A stretch of DNA of 64,000 nt from a virus. The position numbers were made by a program, and so were the translations under genes. This document shows, one piece after another, positions 39,328 through 48,734 of the stretch (its first letter is position 1; each line of letters opens with the position of its first letter). The DNA is taken from IMG/VR virus record IMGVR_UViG_3300042446_001168. The stretch is one strand, 5' to 3'. The notes below the pieces were generated by a model. The model saw only the letters and a program-made list of their open reading frames with translations, did not search any database and was not told where the DNA came from.

Positions 39328-40107
39328 ATGGCAATATCAAGTAACGCTACTGCAATAATTTTTAACAATAGTACGGTTCAAACTACGGCGTTCAGTAAGA
39401 CATCCGGACTCACCTTTACAACTGCTGCTATAACTTCAACAGCTGCTACCCTGGCGTTATGTACTCCGGGAGCAATATGTGCACCATCTATAGTTGCAGC
39501 TACTCAGATCTTTTGTACTGGGGCCACACAGATACAATATCTTGTTACCGATATGATATTGACAGTTAACAATGCGACCAACCACGCACATGGTACAACC
39601 AGTACTGTACAATACAAAGATATAATTCCAATTACCACTAACGTATATCACTTGGGATCTACAGCTGTGCGATGGGGGGCGGCGTGGGTGACAAGTGGAT
39701 CGTTAGTGGCGTCCGACGAGAATCTAAAGACGGATATAACATCAATATCCAATCAAGAGAGAGATGTTGCCTTAGAGGTAAAGAAGAACCTTAAGCGGTT
39801 CAAATTTAAGGAGGCAGTTGCCAAGAAGGGATTTGATACGGCCAGATACCATTTTGGGTGTATAGCTCAAGAAGTTGAACAAATCTTCCGGGATGGTGGA
39901 TTAGATCCTTTTAAATACGGTATAATAGGATTTGATACGTGGTACGAGGGAGTAAAAATTAGTTTGAATGGTCAGAATCAGGAGTTTGAAGATATTGACA
40001 TATCGTACACCCCAAAAGACGGATATGTTAAAAAAGAGCTACACTCAGTTAGATACGATGAGTTAATTACCTTTATTTTATCGGCGTTGGCTGGTACAAG
40101 TAGGTAA
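39328..40107 (+). CDS. Short Ser/Thr-rich protein with peptidase S74 chaperone, paralog 2
   Basis: LGSTAVRW...SDENLK...ARYHFGCIAQ...SVRYDEL. Confidence 0.8.
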   Translation: MAISSNATAIIFNNSTVQTTAFSKTSGLTFTTAAITSTAATLALCTPGAICAPSIVAATQIFCTGATQIQYLVTDMILTVNNATNHAHGTTSTVQYKDIIPITTNVYHLGSTAVRWGAAWVTSGSLVASDENLKTDITSISNQERDVALEVKKNLKRFKFKEAVAKKGFDTARYHFGCIAQEVEQIFRDGGLDPFKYGIIGFDTWYEGVKISLNGQNQEFEDIDISYTPKDGYVKKELHSVRYDELITFILSALAGTSR

Positions 40108-40115
40108 GATAAATA
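40108..40115 (+). promoter_or_regulatory. Late promoter (GATAAATA) of S74 paralog 3
   Basis: Intergenic, followed by AAGGA and ATG 40138. Confidence 0.75.
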
Positions 40116-40137
40116 TAAAAAGAGTAAGGAATACCTT

Positions 40138-40950
40138 ATGGCAATAACCAGTAACGCTACTGCAATAGCTTTTAACGATGCATCTGTTCAAACTTCAAAT
40201 TTCAGTTTGACTTGTGGGCATGCGTTCACGTGTCAGCTTTGCTTTGGTTCCGGATTCACTACGTGCATAGGATCACCTACTCCAGCAACCAACCAGTCAA
40301 CTCTATCGTTTTGTACAACTGGTCAACTGTGTGCACCTACTTTCTGCTCAAGATTTCGAAATTTTGAATCTGCAGCTGGGGAAGCGTACGGAAGTACTTC
40401 AATGTATACTGGCTCCGCCATTGGTTGTCTAGTGACGCGTGTTGGGAGTGTTAATACAGCAATATTCACTACCACTGCACATAACGCAGGCAGCAATCTA
40501 TTTCCAACCAGCACAGCAGCTGCGATAAGCTTAGGGACCACTAGTCTTCGATGGGCAACCATTTGGGTAACTGGTGGATCGTTGATAGTGTCTGATCAGA
40601 ACTATAAGACCGATATAACTCCAATAACTGATCAAGAGAAAGCTGTTGCTCTAGAGATAAAAAGAAATATAAAAAGATTTAAATTTAAAGACGCAGTAGC
40701 TAAAAAGGGCTTTGATGCTGCTAGATATCATTTTGGATGCATTGCTCAAGAAGTTGAACAAATCTTCCGAGATAGTGGGTTAGACCCCTTTCAGTATGGT
40801 GTTGTGGGATATGATGTCTGGTATGAGAGGTTCAATCCAACTACTCAGAGGACGGAGGTAGTTCAAGAGCCTACCGATGGGTACGTCGAGACGACGTTGT
40901 ACTCAGTTAGATATGATGAGCTGCTTTCGTTCATTGCTTCAGCCCTATAA
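40138..40950 (+). CDS. Short Ser/Thr/Cys-rich protein with peptidase S74 chaperone, paralog 3
   Basis: LGTTSLRW...SDQNYK...ARYHFGCIAQ...YSVRYDELL. Confidence 0.8.
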   Translation: MAITSNATAIAFNDASVQTSNFSLTCGHAFTCQLCFGSGFTTCIGSPTPATNQSTLSFCTTGQLCAPTFCSRFRNFESAAGEAYGSTSMYTGSAIGCLVTRVGSVNTAIFTTTAHNAGSNLFPTSTAAAISLGTTSLRWATIWVTGGSLIVSDQNYKTDITPITDQEKAVALEIKRNIKRFKFKDAVAKKGFDAARYHFGCIAQEVEQIFRDSGLDPFQYGVVGYDVWYERFNPTTQRTEVVQEPTDGYVETTLYSVRYDELLSFIASAL

Positions 40951-40959
40951 GGAAATTAG

Positions 40960-41700
40960 ATGGCAGTCCCTACAAGTAGAAGTGCATTTAAAGAATACTG
41001 TTTAAGAAGTCTTGGCAAACCTGTGATTGAGATCAACGTTGACGATGATCAGGTTGAAGATCGTATTGACGAGGCTTTAAAATATTTCTGGGATTATCAT
41101 TTTGATGGTTCTGAGCGTGTGTATTATAAGCATCAGATTACTAATGATAATGTAACTGACAAATATGTCACTCTGCCAGAAAATATTATTGGAGCCGTAA
41201 GGATTTTTAATATTGGCGATCCAATGGTATCAAACAATCTATTTGATATTAGATATCAAATTGCGCTCAATGATCTATACACTCTGACGTCTGTGTCAAT
41301 GATACCATACTATATGGCATTCCAGCATATTCAGCTGATGGAACAGCTGTTAGTTGGGATGCAGCCAATTCGTTACAACAGACACATGAACCGCCTCCAT
41401 GTTGACATGGACTGGGGTAAAGTTACTGTTGGTAACTTCTTAATTGTAGACGCGTATCAAATTGTGGATCCTGATACGTATACTGATGCATGGGGGGACA
41501 GATGGTTAGCCCAATATGCCACAGCAAAGATTAAACGTCAGTGGGGATCCAACTTGACTAAATTCAGTGGTATGCAGCTACCTGGTGGAGTTCAATTCAA
41601 TGGCGATAAGATATATGAAGATGCAGTCAAGGAGATTGAAAATCTTGAGAATGAGATGATTATTAGCTACTCGCTTCCTGTAACCGATATGATTGGGTAG
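40960..41700 (+). CDS. gp13: Neck protein gp13
   Basis: K.YCLR.LG.PVIEINVDDDQ.EDRIDEAL...YHFDG; QWG.NL.KF.G.QLPGGV. Confidence 0.93.
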   Translation: MAVPTSRSAFKEYCLRSLGKPVIEINVDDDQVEDRIDEALKYFWDYHFDGSERVYYKHQITNDNVTDKYVTLPENIIGAVRIFNIGDPMVSNNLFDIRYQIALNDLYTLTSVSMIPYYMAFQHIQLMEQLLVGMQPIRYNRHMNRLHVDMDWGKVTVGNFLIVDAYQIVDPDTYTDAWGDRWLAQYATAKIKRQWGSNLTKFSGMQLPGGVQFNGDKIYEDAVKEIENLENEMIISYSLPVTDMIG

Positions 41701-41704
41701 TTGA

Positions 41705-42430
41705 ATGTCCTCAAACTTCTTTTTCAATAACTTTGGAGCTAGTCAGGAGCAGCTTCTGATAGAGTCTTTAGTTGTTGAATCTATAAAAATATACGGCCAC
41801 GACCTCTACTATCTCCCAAGAAACCGGGTAGTGGATGATGCTATTTACGGAGAGGAAAACTACTCATCCTTCGATTCTCATTATTTTGTTGAGATGTATA
41901 TTAAGAATGTTGAAGGGTTTGGTGGACAAGGAGACTTCCTATCTAAATTCAATCTTGAGATTAGAGACCAAGTCACCTTTACGATGTCAAGAAAGACGTT
42001 CTTTGACGATATTGGCGCATATACTACCTTTGAAAGACCTAGGGAAGGAGATCTGATATATTTCCCTCTTAATAGAAAACTTTTTGAGATTAAATTTGTT
42101 GAACACGAGGCTATTTTCTATCAGCTGGGGTCACTGCAAACGTTTGACTTGGTATGTGAGTTGTTTGAATACAACAATGAGATACTCAATACAGGAATTG
42201 CTGATATTGATGTTAGGCAAGAAGCCCTCACGTTTAATATGAGTGATTTCCGAATAACAACAGAATTAGGATTAGCGTTGGCTGATGAAGATGGGTTTGA
42301 TTTGGTTCAAGAGTCATTTGGAATGAAAACTCAGGATCCTATATCCGACAATGAGGACTTGCAGGTTGAGTCAGATACTATTTTAGATTTCACTGAAATA
42401 GATCCTTTTAGCGAAAAAGGAAGCTACTAA
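41705..42430 (+). CDS. gp14: Neck protein gp14
   Basis: EQ.L.E.L..ESIKIYG.D.YYLPR, RPREGDLIYFP, FEIKFVEHE..FYQLG. Confidence 0.93.
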   Translation: MSSNFFFNNFGASQEQLLIESLVVESIKIYGHDLYYLPRNRVVDDAIYGEENYSSFDSHYFVEMYIKNVEGFGGQGDFLSKFNLEIRDQVTFTMSRKTFFDDIGAYTTFERPREGDLIYFPLNRKLFEIKFVEHEAIFYQLGSLQTFDLVCELFEYNNEILNTGIADIDVRQEALTFNMSDFRITTELGLALADEDGFDLVQESFGMKTQDPISDNEDLQVESDTILDFTEIDPFSEKGSY

Positions 42431-43227
42431 TGTTTGGCCAAGTCTTCTACCACGATACAATCCGAAAGTATGTTATTCTTTTTGGAACTCTTTTTAATGA
42501 CGTGTACATTGTTAAAAATAATGGCACTGATAACACACAGACAATTAAAGTTCCTATCTCGTATGGTCCTAAGCAGAAATACCTAGCCAGACTCACACAA
42601 GATCCTGGTCTGAATAAGCCTGTGGCTATTCAGCTTCCAAGGATAGCTTTTGAGCTCTCGGATATTAGCTACGCACCAGAGAGAAAACTGCCAACTATTA
42701 ACAAGATAGCTGTGCAAGACCCCACTAACCCTGATAAGTTATACTACCAGTATTCTCCAGTACCGTACGATTTTGAATTCAATCTTAGTATAATGGTAAA
42801 ACAAGCCGAAGATGGTACTAGAATACTAGAGCAAATTCTTCCTTTTTTTACTCCAGACTGGACACCCACTCTGAATCTTGATTCAACTATGCAGCACAAG
42901 TATGATACTCCTGTTACACTCAACAGTGTAACATCGCAGGATACGTACGAAGGTAACTTTGTTGACCGTAGAGCTCTTATATGGGATCTACAGTTTACTA
43001 TGAAGGGGTATATTTTTGGTCCAACAAGGAAACAAAAGAGTATCAAGACCTCTATTATTAATCTGTATGAGGTAGGAGGCAATACTGATATAGATGCTGC
43101 TGTAAATAATACTCAGGTTTCCGAAACAATAACAACTATCCCAACTGTGGCAGGTAAGACGTTAGCACAGGTCGAATCCGATGATGACTATATAATTACT
43201 CAAACAATTGAACAATATTATGAATGA
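42430..43227 (+). CDS. gp15: Tail sheath stabiliser/terminator gp15
   Basis: MFG..FYH..IRKY..FGTLFN, KVP..YGPK.K, LPR, EQILPFF.P. Confidence 0.93.
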   Translation: MFGQVFYHDTIRKYVILFGTLFNDVYIVKNNGTDNTQTIKVPISYGPKQKYLARLTQDPGLNKPVAIQLPRIAFELSDISYAPERKLPTINKIAVQDPTNPDKLYYQYSPVPYDFEFNLSIMVKQAEDGTRILEQILPFFTPDWTPTLNLDSTMQHKYDTPVTLNSVTSQDTYEGNFVDRRALIWDLQFTMKGYIFGPTRKQKSIKTSIINLYEVGGNTDIDAAVNNTQVSETITTIPTVAGKTLAQVESDDDYIITQTIEQYYE

Positions 43228-43606
43228 TCCTATTGGAAACGCACTTGATCTAGATCCAATGTACCAGGTCCTTCCTGCAGCAAGCAAGAAGGCTGAGGAC
43301 ATTCCTTCGGATTATCAATATGCTCGTGGCAACATTATTAACATTCTTGAGAAGGGTAATGAAGCTCTTGATGGAATGTTAGATGTTGCTCAGCAGTCTC
43401 AGCATCCTAGAGCCTATGAAGTTGTTGCAGGTCTTATTAAGACGTTATCAGACACTAACAAAGATCTACTAGAGCTTGCAAAAAGGACTAAGGAGCTAGA
43501 AAGATCAGATAATGATTCCTCACCGCAAACCATAAACAATAATCTTTTTGTTGGTTCCACAGCAGAACTTCAAAAATTAATTAAACAGAATAATGAACAA
43601 AAATGA
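43220..43606 (+). CDS. gp16: Terminase small subunit gp16
   Basis: DY.YAR.N, HPRAYEV, NNLFVGSTAELQK. ATG 43220 taken as start. Confidence 0.92.
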   Translation: MNDPIGNALDLDPMYQVLPAASKKAEDIPSDYQYARGNIINILEKGNEALDGMLDVAQQSQHPRAYEVVAGLIKTLSDTNKDLLELAKRTKELERSDNDSSPQTINNNLFVGSTAELQKLIKQNNEQK

Positions 43607-45218
43607 GATATATCTTGGTAATAAGAACTTAAAACGGTCAGATGTTAAGGTTGAGTTCACTAAAGAAGAGATACAAGAGTATATAAGATGTGCAAGAGAT
43701 CCACTATACTTCATTGAAAATTATGTGAAGATTGTTAATGTGGATAGAGGTCTGATACCATTTCTACCCTACAACTTTCAAAAAGATATTATACGATTAG
43801 CTAATACAGAGCGCTTTGTAATATGCAAGATGCCTCGCCAATGCGGTAAGACAACCACCATGGGTGCATTTATACTGCACTCTGTACTATTCAACGAAAG
43901 ATACTCTGTTGCTATTCTGGCAAATAAAGAATCCCAAGCGCAAGAAATCCTAAGCAGGATTCAGCTTGCCTATGAACATCTACCGAAGTGGCTGCAGCAG
44001 GGAGTTGTGGAGTGGAACAAAACCTCAATTGAGCTAGAAAACGGTTCAAAGATTGTTGCAAGTTCTACGGCATCTAGTGCTATTCGTGGAACAACTCAGA
44101 ATTTAGTGTACTTAGATGAGTTTGCCTTTGTTCCAAACGGTATACAAGAGAGCTTTTTTGCTTCTGTATATCCTACTGTATCTTCTGGTACAACTACAAA
44201 GGTGTTAATAACCTCTACTCCTAATGGTCTTAATTTATTTTATAAGCTGTGGGTAGATAGCGAGAACGAACGAAACTCTTATAAGAGAATAGATGTACAT
44301 TGGTCCGATGTTCCAGGAAGAGATGCTGCTTGGAAAGAAGAGACTATTCGAAACACATCAAAGGATCAATTTAAAGCTGAGTTTGAGTGCGAGTTCTTAG
44401 GGTCTTCAAACACTCTTATTGATCCAGAAGTACTGCGTAGACTAGTATTTGAGCCTACTATAGCTAGTAATGAATTCCTTAAAGTATATGCTGATCCACT
44501 ACAAGGTAGATTATACACCATGACGGTGGATGTGTCAAGGGGTTTAGGAGGAGATTATTCGGCATTTATTGTGTGGGATATATCAGAGGTACCGTACAAG
44601 GTAGTATCAACGTATAGAAATAACAATATGTCTCCGCTCATGTATCCGGAAATAATATATACTACCTGCAAAAGATATAATTATGCTCATGTACTTATTG
44701 AAACCAATGATCTTGGCCAGCAAGTGGCGGACATTCTTCATGAAGAGCTCGAATATGAAAACATTATATACACCAACAAGAATCCAAAAGGCCTTGCCGA
44801 AATCTCGCAAGGATTCAGACAGGGCGCAGTTAAAGGTGTAAGAACAACAAAGTCAACAAAAAAAGTAGGATGTAATAATTTTAAAGCACTGGTAGAAAAC
44901 GATAAGGTAGAACTCAGAGATATAGATCTTATTTCAGAACTCTACAGGTTTGTAAGTAACGGCCAATCATATGAAGCAGAGGAAGGTAACGACGACCTTG
45001 CAATGTGTGGTGTTCTTTTTGGCTGGATGATGACTCAGAATTATGTCAGAGAGTTGACTGATTTAGATATTCGTCAGCGGATCTTGCTAGAGAAGCAAAA
45101 AACAATGGATGACGAGCTCCTACCTTTTGGTATTATTGAGGATGGACAACCCTTTACTGGTGAGCTCGAGTTGACCAAAGATCTACTTGCTGAACTACTG
45201 TTTCCTAGTGGAGATTAG
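43593..45218 (+). CDS. gp17: Terminase large subunit gp17
   Basis: PRQCGKTT (Walker A), LDEFAF (Walker B), STPNG, DVSRG.G.DYS, DDL.M. Confidence 0.97.
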   Translation: MNKNEIYLGNKNLKRSDVKVEFTKEEIQEYIRCARDPLYFIENYVKIVNVDRGLIPFLPYNFQKDIIRLANTERFVICKMPRQCGKTTTMGAFILHSVLFNERYSVAILANKESQAQEILSRIQLAYEHLPKWLQQGVVEWNKTSIELENGSKIVASSTASSAIRGTTQNLVYLDEFAFVPNGIQESFFASVYPTVSSGTTTKVLITSTPNGLNLFYKLWVDSENERNSYKRIDVHWSDVPGRDAAWKEETIRNTSKDQFKAEFECEFLGSSNTLIDPEVLRRLVFEPTIASNEFLKVYADPLQGRLYTMTVDVSRGLGGDYSAFIVWDISEVPYKVVSTYRNNNMSPLMYPEIIYTTCKRYNYAHVLIETNDLGQQVADILHEELEYENIIYTNKNPKGLAEISQGFRQGAVKGVRTTKSTKKVGCNNFKALVENDKVELRDIDLISELYRFVSNGQSYEAEEGNDDLAMCGVLFGWMMTQNYVRELTDLDIRQRILLEKQKTMDDELLPFGIIEDGQPFTGELELTKDLLAELLFPSGD

Positions 45219-45224
45219 CAATAT

Positions 45225-45232
45225 TATAAATA
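45225..45232 (+). promoter_or_regulatory. T4 late promoter TATAAATA (gp18)
   Basis: Exact consensus, intergenic, upstream of AGGAG and ATG 45263. Confidence 0.85.
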
Positions 45233-45262
45233 TAAAGAAACTCTAGTCCTTAGGAGAATAAA

Positions 45263-47557
45263 ATGGCATTTCAAGTTAGTCCTGGCGTAAACGTATCTGA
45301 AATTGACTTAACAACAGTCGTACCAGCGGTGGCAACATCCACTGGTGCGGTGGCTGGTGTATTTAAGTGGGGTCCTCTTGATGAAAGAACCCTAGTCAGT
45401 TCAGAAATTGGTTTGGTAGATAGATTTGGTAAACCAACTAACCACAACCCCGAAACATTTTTTACCGCTGCTAACTTTTTAGCTTACGGTAATGCGCTGT
45501 ATGTTGCAAGAGCTGGTAACACCACTCCAACATCAGCATATACCTCTTGTACCACAGCAGATAGCAATGCTCAAATCATTGCTGTTAGTACCGCTAGTTT
45601 AGCAGTTGGTATGAAGGTTGCTGGTTTAAGTACAGTTCCTGATGGCACACTGATTACAGCAATAACAAACTCAACGTTGTTTACTGTTGCAACTGCTGCT
45701 AATGGTATTGCATCATCCACCAACACATACTTCTACAGTGCAAACTCGGTATTGAGTGCAATTGCTACCAGTGATAGTTCTAATTCAATTGTAGTGAGTA
45801 ACTTTGCTACAACGACTACAGTCAAAAACGACACCCACTATGGTACGATGACGTTTAGCGATTCGGATCTATATTACATTGCTAGACATCCTGGTGAGTT
45901 TGGTAACTCGTTGAAGATCTCGGTTTGTGATAGTGCTAATGCATACCTCAGAAACCTCAGTATCACAAACTCTGACGCTAACCTAGCATCTGGCTCTTTG
46001 GCCGCTACTATTGGGTCAACCACTGTTACCGTGTCCGTTGCTAACTCTTCGACAGGTACATTGGCAGAAGCCAACACTAGAATGGCGGCTCTCCTGAGCA
46101 GCATTGAAGTTGGTGACAACCTTGAGCTTGGTAATACATCAATTGGTAAACAGTATGTTAGGGTGCTGAGTGTTCCAGCTACTATGGGAACCAACTCCGA
46201 GTTTGCAAATACAACACACAGATACTTTAGTGTGACAGTTGATAGCGCTTATCAACTTGCTGCAGATTTCAGCGGAAGCAATGTTGTTGCATACTGGGAG
46301 TATTTCAACACAGTTGATGTTGCTCCTGGCACATCAGACTACCAAACAAGTTTTGGTAATACATCTGCCGTAGATGAGATGCACATCGTTGTTGCTGATG
46401 AAGATGGATTATTTACAGGTGTGCCTGGATCTATCCTTGAAGTATACAAAGGAGTATCGCGCGCAACAAATGCAAAGACCACTGATGGTGCCACCAACTA
46501 CTATGTAAATGTTATCAACGATTCAAGTAAGTATGTGAGATGGGCTAACCACAGAGCTGGAGTAGCTTCTAACACAGCCTCTAATTTGGCAAGTGTTGAT
46601 ACAGTACCACTCTACGCTTCGTTCCATAACGGTCAAGATGGTGATGCTGAGGATGCTATTCCACTAGGTAGAGTCCTGGCTGCATATGATTTGTTTGCAT
46701 CCACTGACGATGTTGACGTTGCTCTAGTTATGACTGGTAAGTCAAGAGGCGGCACTAACGGAGAGCAGATTGCTAACTATTTGGTTGATAATATTGCAGA
46801 AGTAAGAAAAGATTGTATTGTTCTTGCATCTCCTGAAAAAGCAGATGTTGTCAATAACAATAACTTAGACGAAGCTAGCGATACTGTCACATTTAGAAAT
46901 TCGTTAAGATCATCTTCGTATCTAGTTATTGATTCTGGATACAAGTATCAATATGACAAGTATAATGATGTGTTCCGTTACGTTCCATTGAATGGTGATA
47001 TTGCTGGTCTATGTGTTAGAACCGATGCTACTCGTGATCCTTGGTTCTCGCCTGCTGGTTTCAATCGCGGTCAGATTAAAAACCTAGTAAAACTAGCATA
47101 CAATCCAGATAAAGCAGATAGAGATCTTCTGTATAAGAATGGTATCAATCCAGTAGCAACATTCCCTGGTCAAGGTACTGTTTTGTTTGGCGACAAGACT
47201 GCTCTATCGAAGCCTAGCGCATTTGATCGTATTAACGTACGTAGATTGTTTATTGTTCTTGAGAAGGCAATTGCAACAGCTGCCAAGTTCTCGCTGTTCG
47301 AATTCAATGACGAATTCACCAGAGCCCAGTTTGTGTCTCTAGTTGAGCCGTTCTTGCGTGATGTCCAAGGAAGAAGAGGCATCTACGACTACAGAGTGGT
47401 TTGCGATAACACCAACAACACCGGTGAAGTAGTCGATAGAAACGAGTTTGTCGGGGACATATATATTAAGCCAGCTAAGTCAATTAATTTCATTCAGCTC
47501 AACTTCGTTGCAGTAAGAACAGGTGTGGCTTTTGATGAAATAGTTGGTAAGTTTTAA
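45263..47557 (+). CDS. gp18: Tail sheath protein gp18
   Basis: SPGV...EIDLT, PWFSPAG.NRG, FDRINVRRLF, YIKP..SINFI.LNFVA. Confidence 0.97.
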   Translation: MAFQVSPGVNVSEIDLTTVVPAVATSTGAVAGVFKWGPLDERTLVSSEIGLVDRFGKPTNHNPETFFTAANFLAYGNALYVARAGNTTPTSAYTSCTTADSNAQIIAVSTASLAVGMKVAGLSTVPDGTLITAITNSTLFTVATAANGIASSTNTYFYSANSVLSAIATSDSSNSIVVSNFATTTTVKNDTHYGTMTFSDSDLYYIARHPGEFGNSLKISVCDSANAYLRNLSITNSDANLASGSLAATIGSTTVTVSVANSSTGTLAEANTRMAALLSSIEVGDNLELGNTSIGKQYVRVLSVPATMGTNSEFANTTHRYFSVTVDSAYQLAADFSGSNVVAYWEYFNTVDVAPGTSDYQTSFGNTSAVDEMHIVVADEDGLFTGVPGSILEVYKGVSRATNAKTTDGATNYYVNVINDSSKYVRWANHRAGVASNTASNLASVDTVPLYASFHNGQDGDAEDAIPLGRVLAAYDLFASTDDVDVALVMTGKSRGGTNGEQIANYLVDNIAEVRKDCIVLASPEKADVVNNNNLDEASDTVTFRNSLRSSSYLVIDSGYKYQYDKYNDVFRYVPLNGDIAGLCVRTDATRDPWFSPAGFNRGQIKNLVKLAYNPDKADRDLLYKNGINPVATFPGQGTVLFGDKTALSKPSAFDRINVRRLFIVLEKAIATAAKFSLFEFNDEFTRAQFVSLVEPFLRDVQGRRGIYDYRVVCDNTNNTGEVVDRNEFVGDIYIKPAKSINFIQLNFVAVRTGVAFDEIVGKF

Positions 47558-47573
47558 TCAAGGAGAACAGTAA

Positions 47574-48083
47574 ATGGCTTTCAACATTAATGCATTTAAA
47601 TCGCTAGTAAGTACTACCGATTTTGCAAGACCGTCGTTATTCCAGGTGTTTATGTCTACACCACCTGGTGTTACTCCTCTTATCCCTTTTAGTCCTTTCC
47701 TGGTTAGGTCGGCAAGCTTGCCGGCTTCTAACGTAGGACAGATCCCAATCTCGTATGGTGGACGTACCATTAAGATTGCAGGAGAAAGAACGTATTCGGA
47801 TTGGTCGACGACAGTTATGAACGACGAAGGATTTATCGTTCGTAACGCAATAGAAACATGGATGGAGATTATCAATCAGCGAGTGAGTAACTTCAGAGCT
47901 TTCCCTAGTGAGTACAAAGTTGACCTAACAGTCACTCAATACTCTAAAAAAGGACCTCCACTCAAGATTGTTAAACTCATTGGTTGCTTTCCTACAGCGG
48001 TTAGTGAAATAGCGCTGGATTGGGGATCGGCCGATGCAATTGAAGAATTTGGTATTACTTGGTCTTACGACTACTGGGAATGA
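47574..48083 (+). CDS. gp19: Tail tube protein gp19
   Basis: ARP.LF.V, GR.IK.AG.RTY.DW.TT..NDE.F.VR...E.W, FPT.VS.I.LDW...IEEF. Confidence 0.93.
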   Translation: MAFNINAFKSLVSTTDFARPSLFQVFMSTPPGVTPLIPFSPFLVRSASLPASNVGQIPISYGGRTIKIAGERTYSDWSTTVMNDEGFIVRNAIETWMEIINQRVSNFRAFPSEYKVDLTVTQYSKKGPPLKIVKLIGCFPTAVSEIALDWGSADAIEEFGITWSYDYWE

Positions 48084-48086
48084 TAC

Positions 48087-48110
48087 GGGAGGGGCTTAAT
48101 GCCCCTCTTC
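48087..48110 (+). terminator. Stem-loop after gp19 (probable weak intrinsic terminator)
   Basis: gaggggc-ttaat-gcccctc followed by only a short pyrimidine tail. Confidence 0.55.
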
Positions 48111-48125
48111 TAACAAGAGGATAAT

Positions 48126-48734
48126 ATGACACCATATACATACCTATTAGGATGGAGTGATCTTAATAAGTTTTATTATGGTGTTAGATATGCAAAGACC
48201 TGTAGTCCAGGGGATTTGTGGGTAACATATTTTACATCATCCAACGTTGTAAAAACGTTTTACCAGAAGCATGGTGATCCAGATATTATAGAAATACGAG
48301 AAACGTTTAGTAGTCAGCAAGATGCTCGCTGCTATGAGGAAAAGGTTCTGAGACGGTTGGATTGTGCTGGAAGAAAAGATTTTTTAAATGTTTGTAACGG
48401 CAGAGCAATACCATCAGAGATGGCTAGCCATCCTGGTGAGCAGCATCCAATGTTTGGTAAAAAACACTCGGATGAAACTAAAGAAAAGATGAAAAAGCCA
48501 AAAAGTACATCACACAAGTCCAATCTGAGTAACGCGGCAAAAAAAAGATGGATAGGTGTTAATAGGAGTGGTGTTAATAACGCTAACTTTAAAGGCATGA
48601 TCAAAACACCCTATGGAATCTTTGCTGGCTTAAAAGCTGCTGCTTTAGCAGAACCTGTTACGGTTGATGTATCTACAATTTCTAATAGGATAAAAAATCC
48701 TAAGTTTAATAATTATGAAAGAGTTGTGATATGA
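48126..48734 (+). CDS. Free-standing GIY-YIG-like (Seg-like) homing endonuclease with NUMOD3 motif
   Basis: YTY...YYG.R...YFTSS...E...L...FLN; HPMFGKKHSDETKEKM; inserted between gp19 and gp20. Confidence 0.75.
   Translation: MTPYTYLLGWSDLNKFYYGVRYAKTCSPGDLWVTYFTSSNVVKTFYQKHGDPDIIEIRETFSSQQDARCYEEKVLRRLDCAGRKDFLNVCNGRAIPSEMASHPGEQHPMFGKKHSDETKEKMKKPKSTSHKSNLSNAAKKRWIGVNRSGVNNANFKGMIKTPYGIFAGLKAAALAEPVTVDVSTISNRIKNPKFNNYERVVI

Noticed and set aside
24696-40950. Diversity-generating retroelement or invertase shufflon acting on fibres or the S74 paralogs
   Set aside because: No reverse transcriptase or recombinase in the window, no template/variable repeat pair with adenine-specific differences seen, and all cassettes share one orientation.
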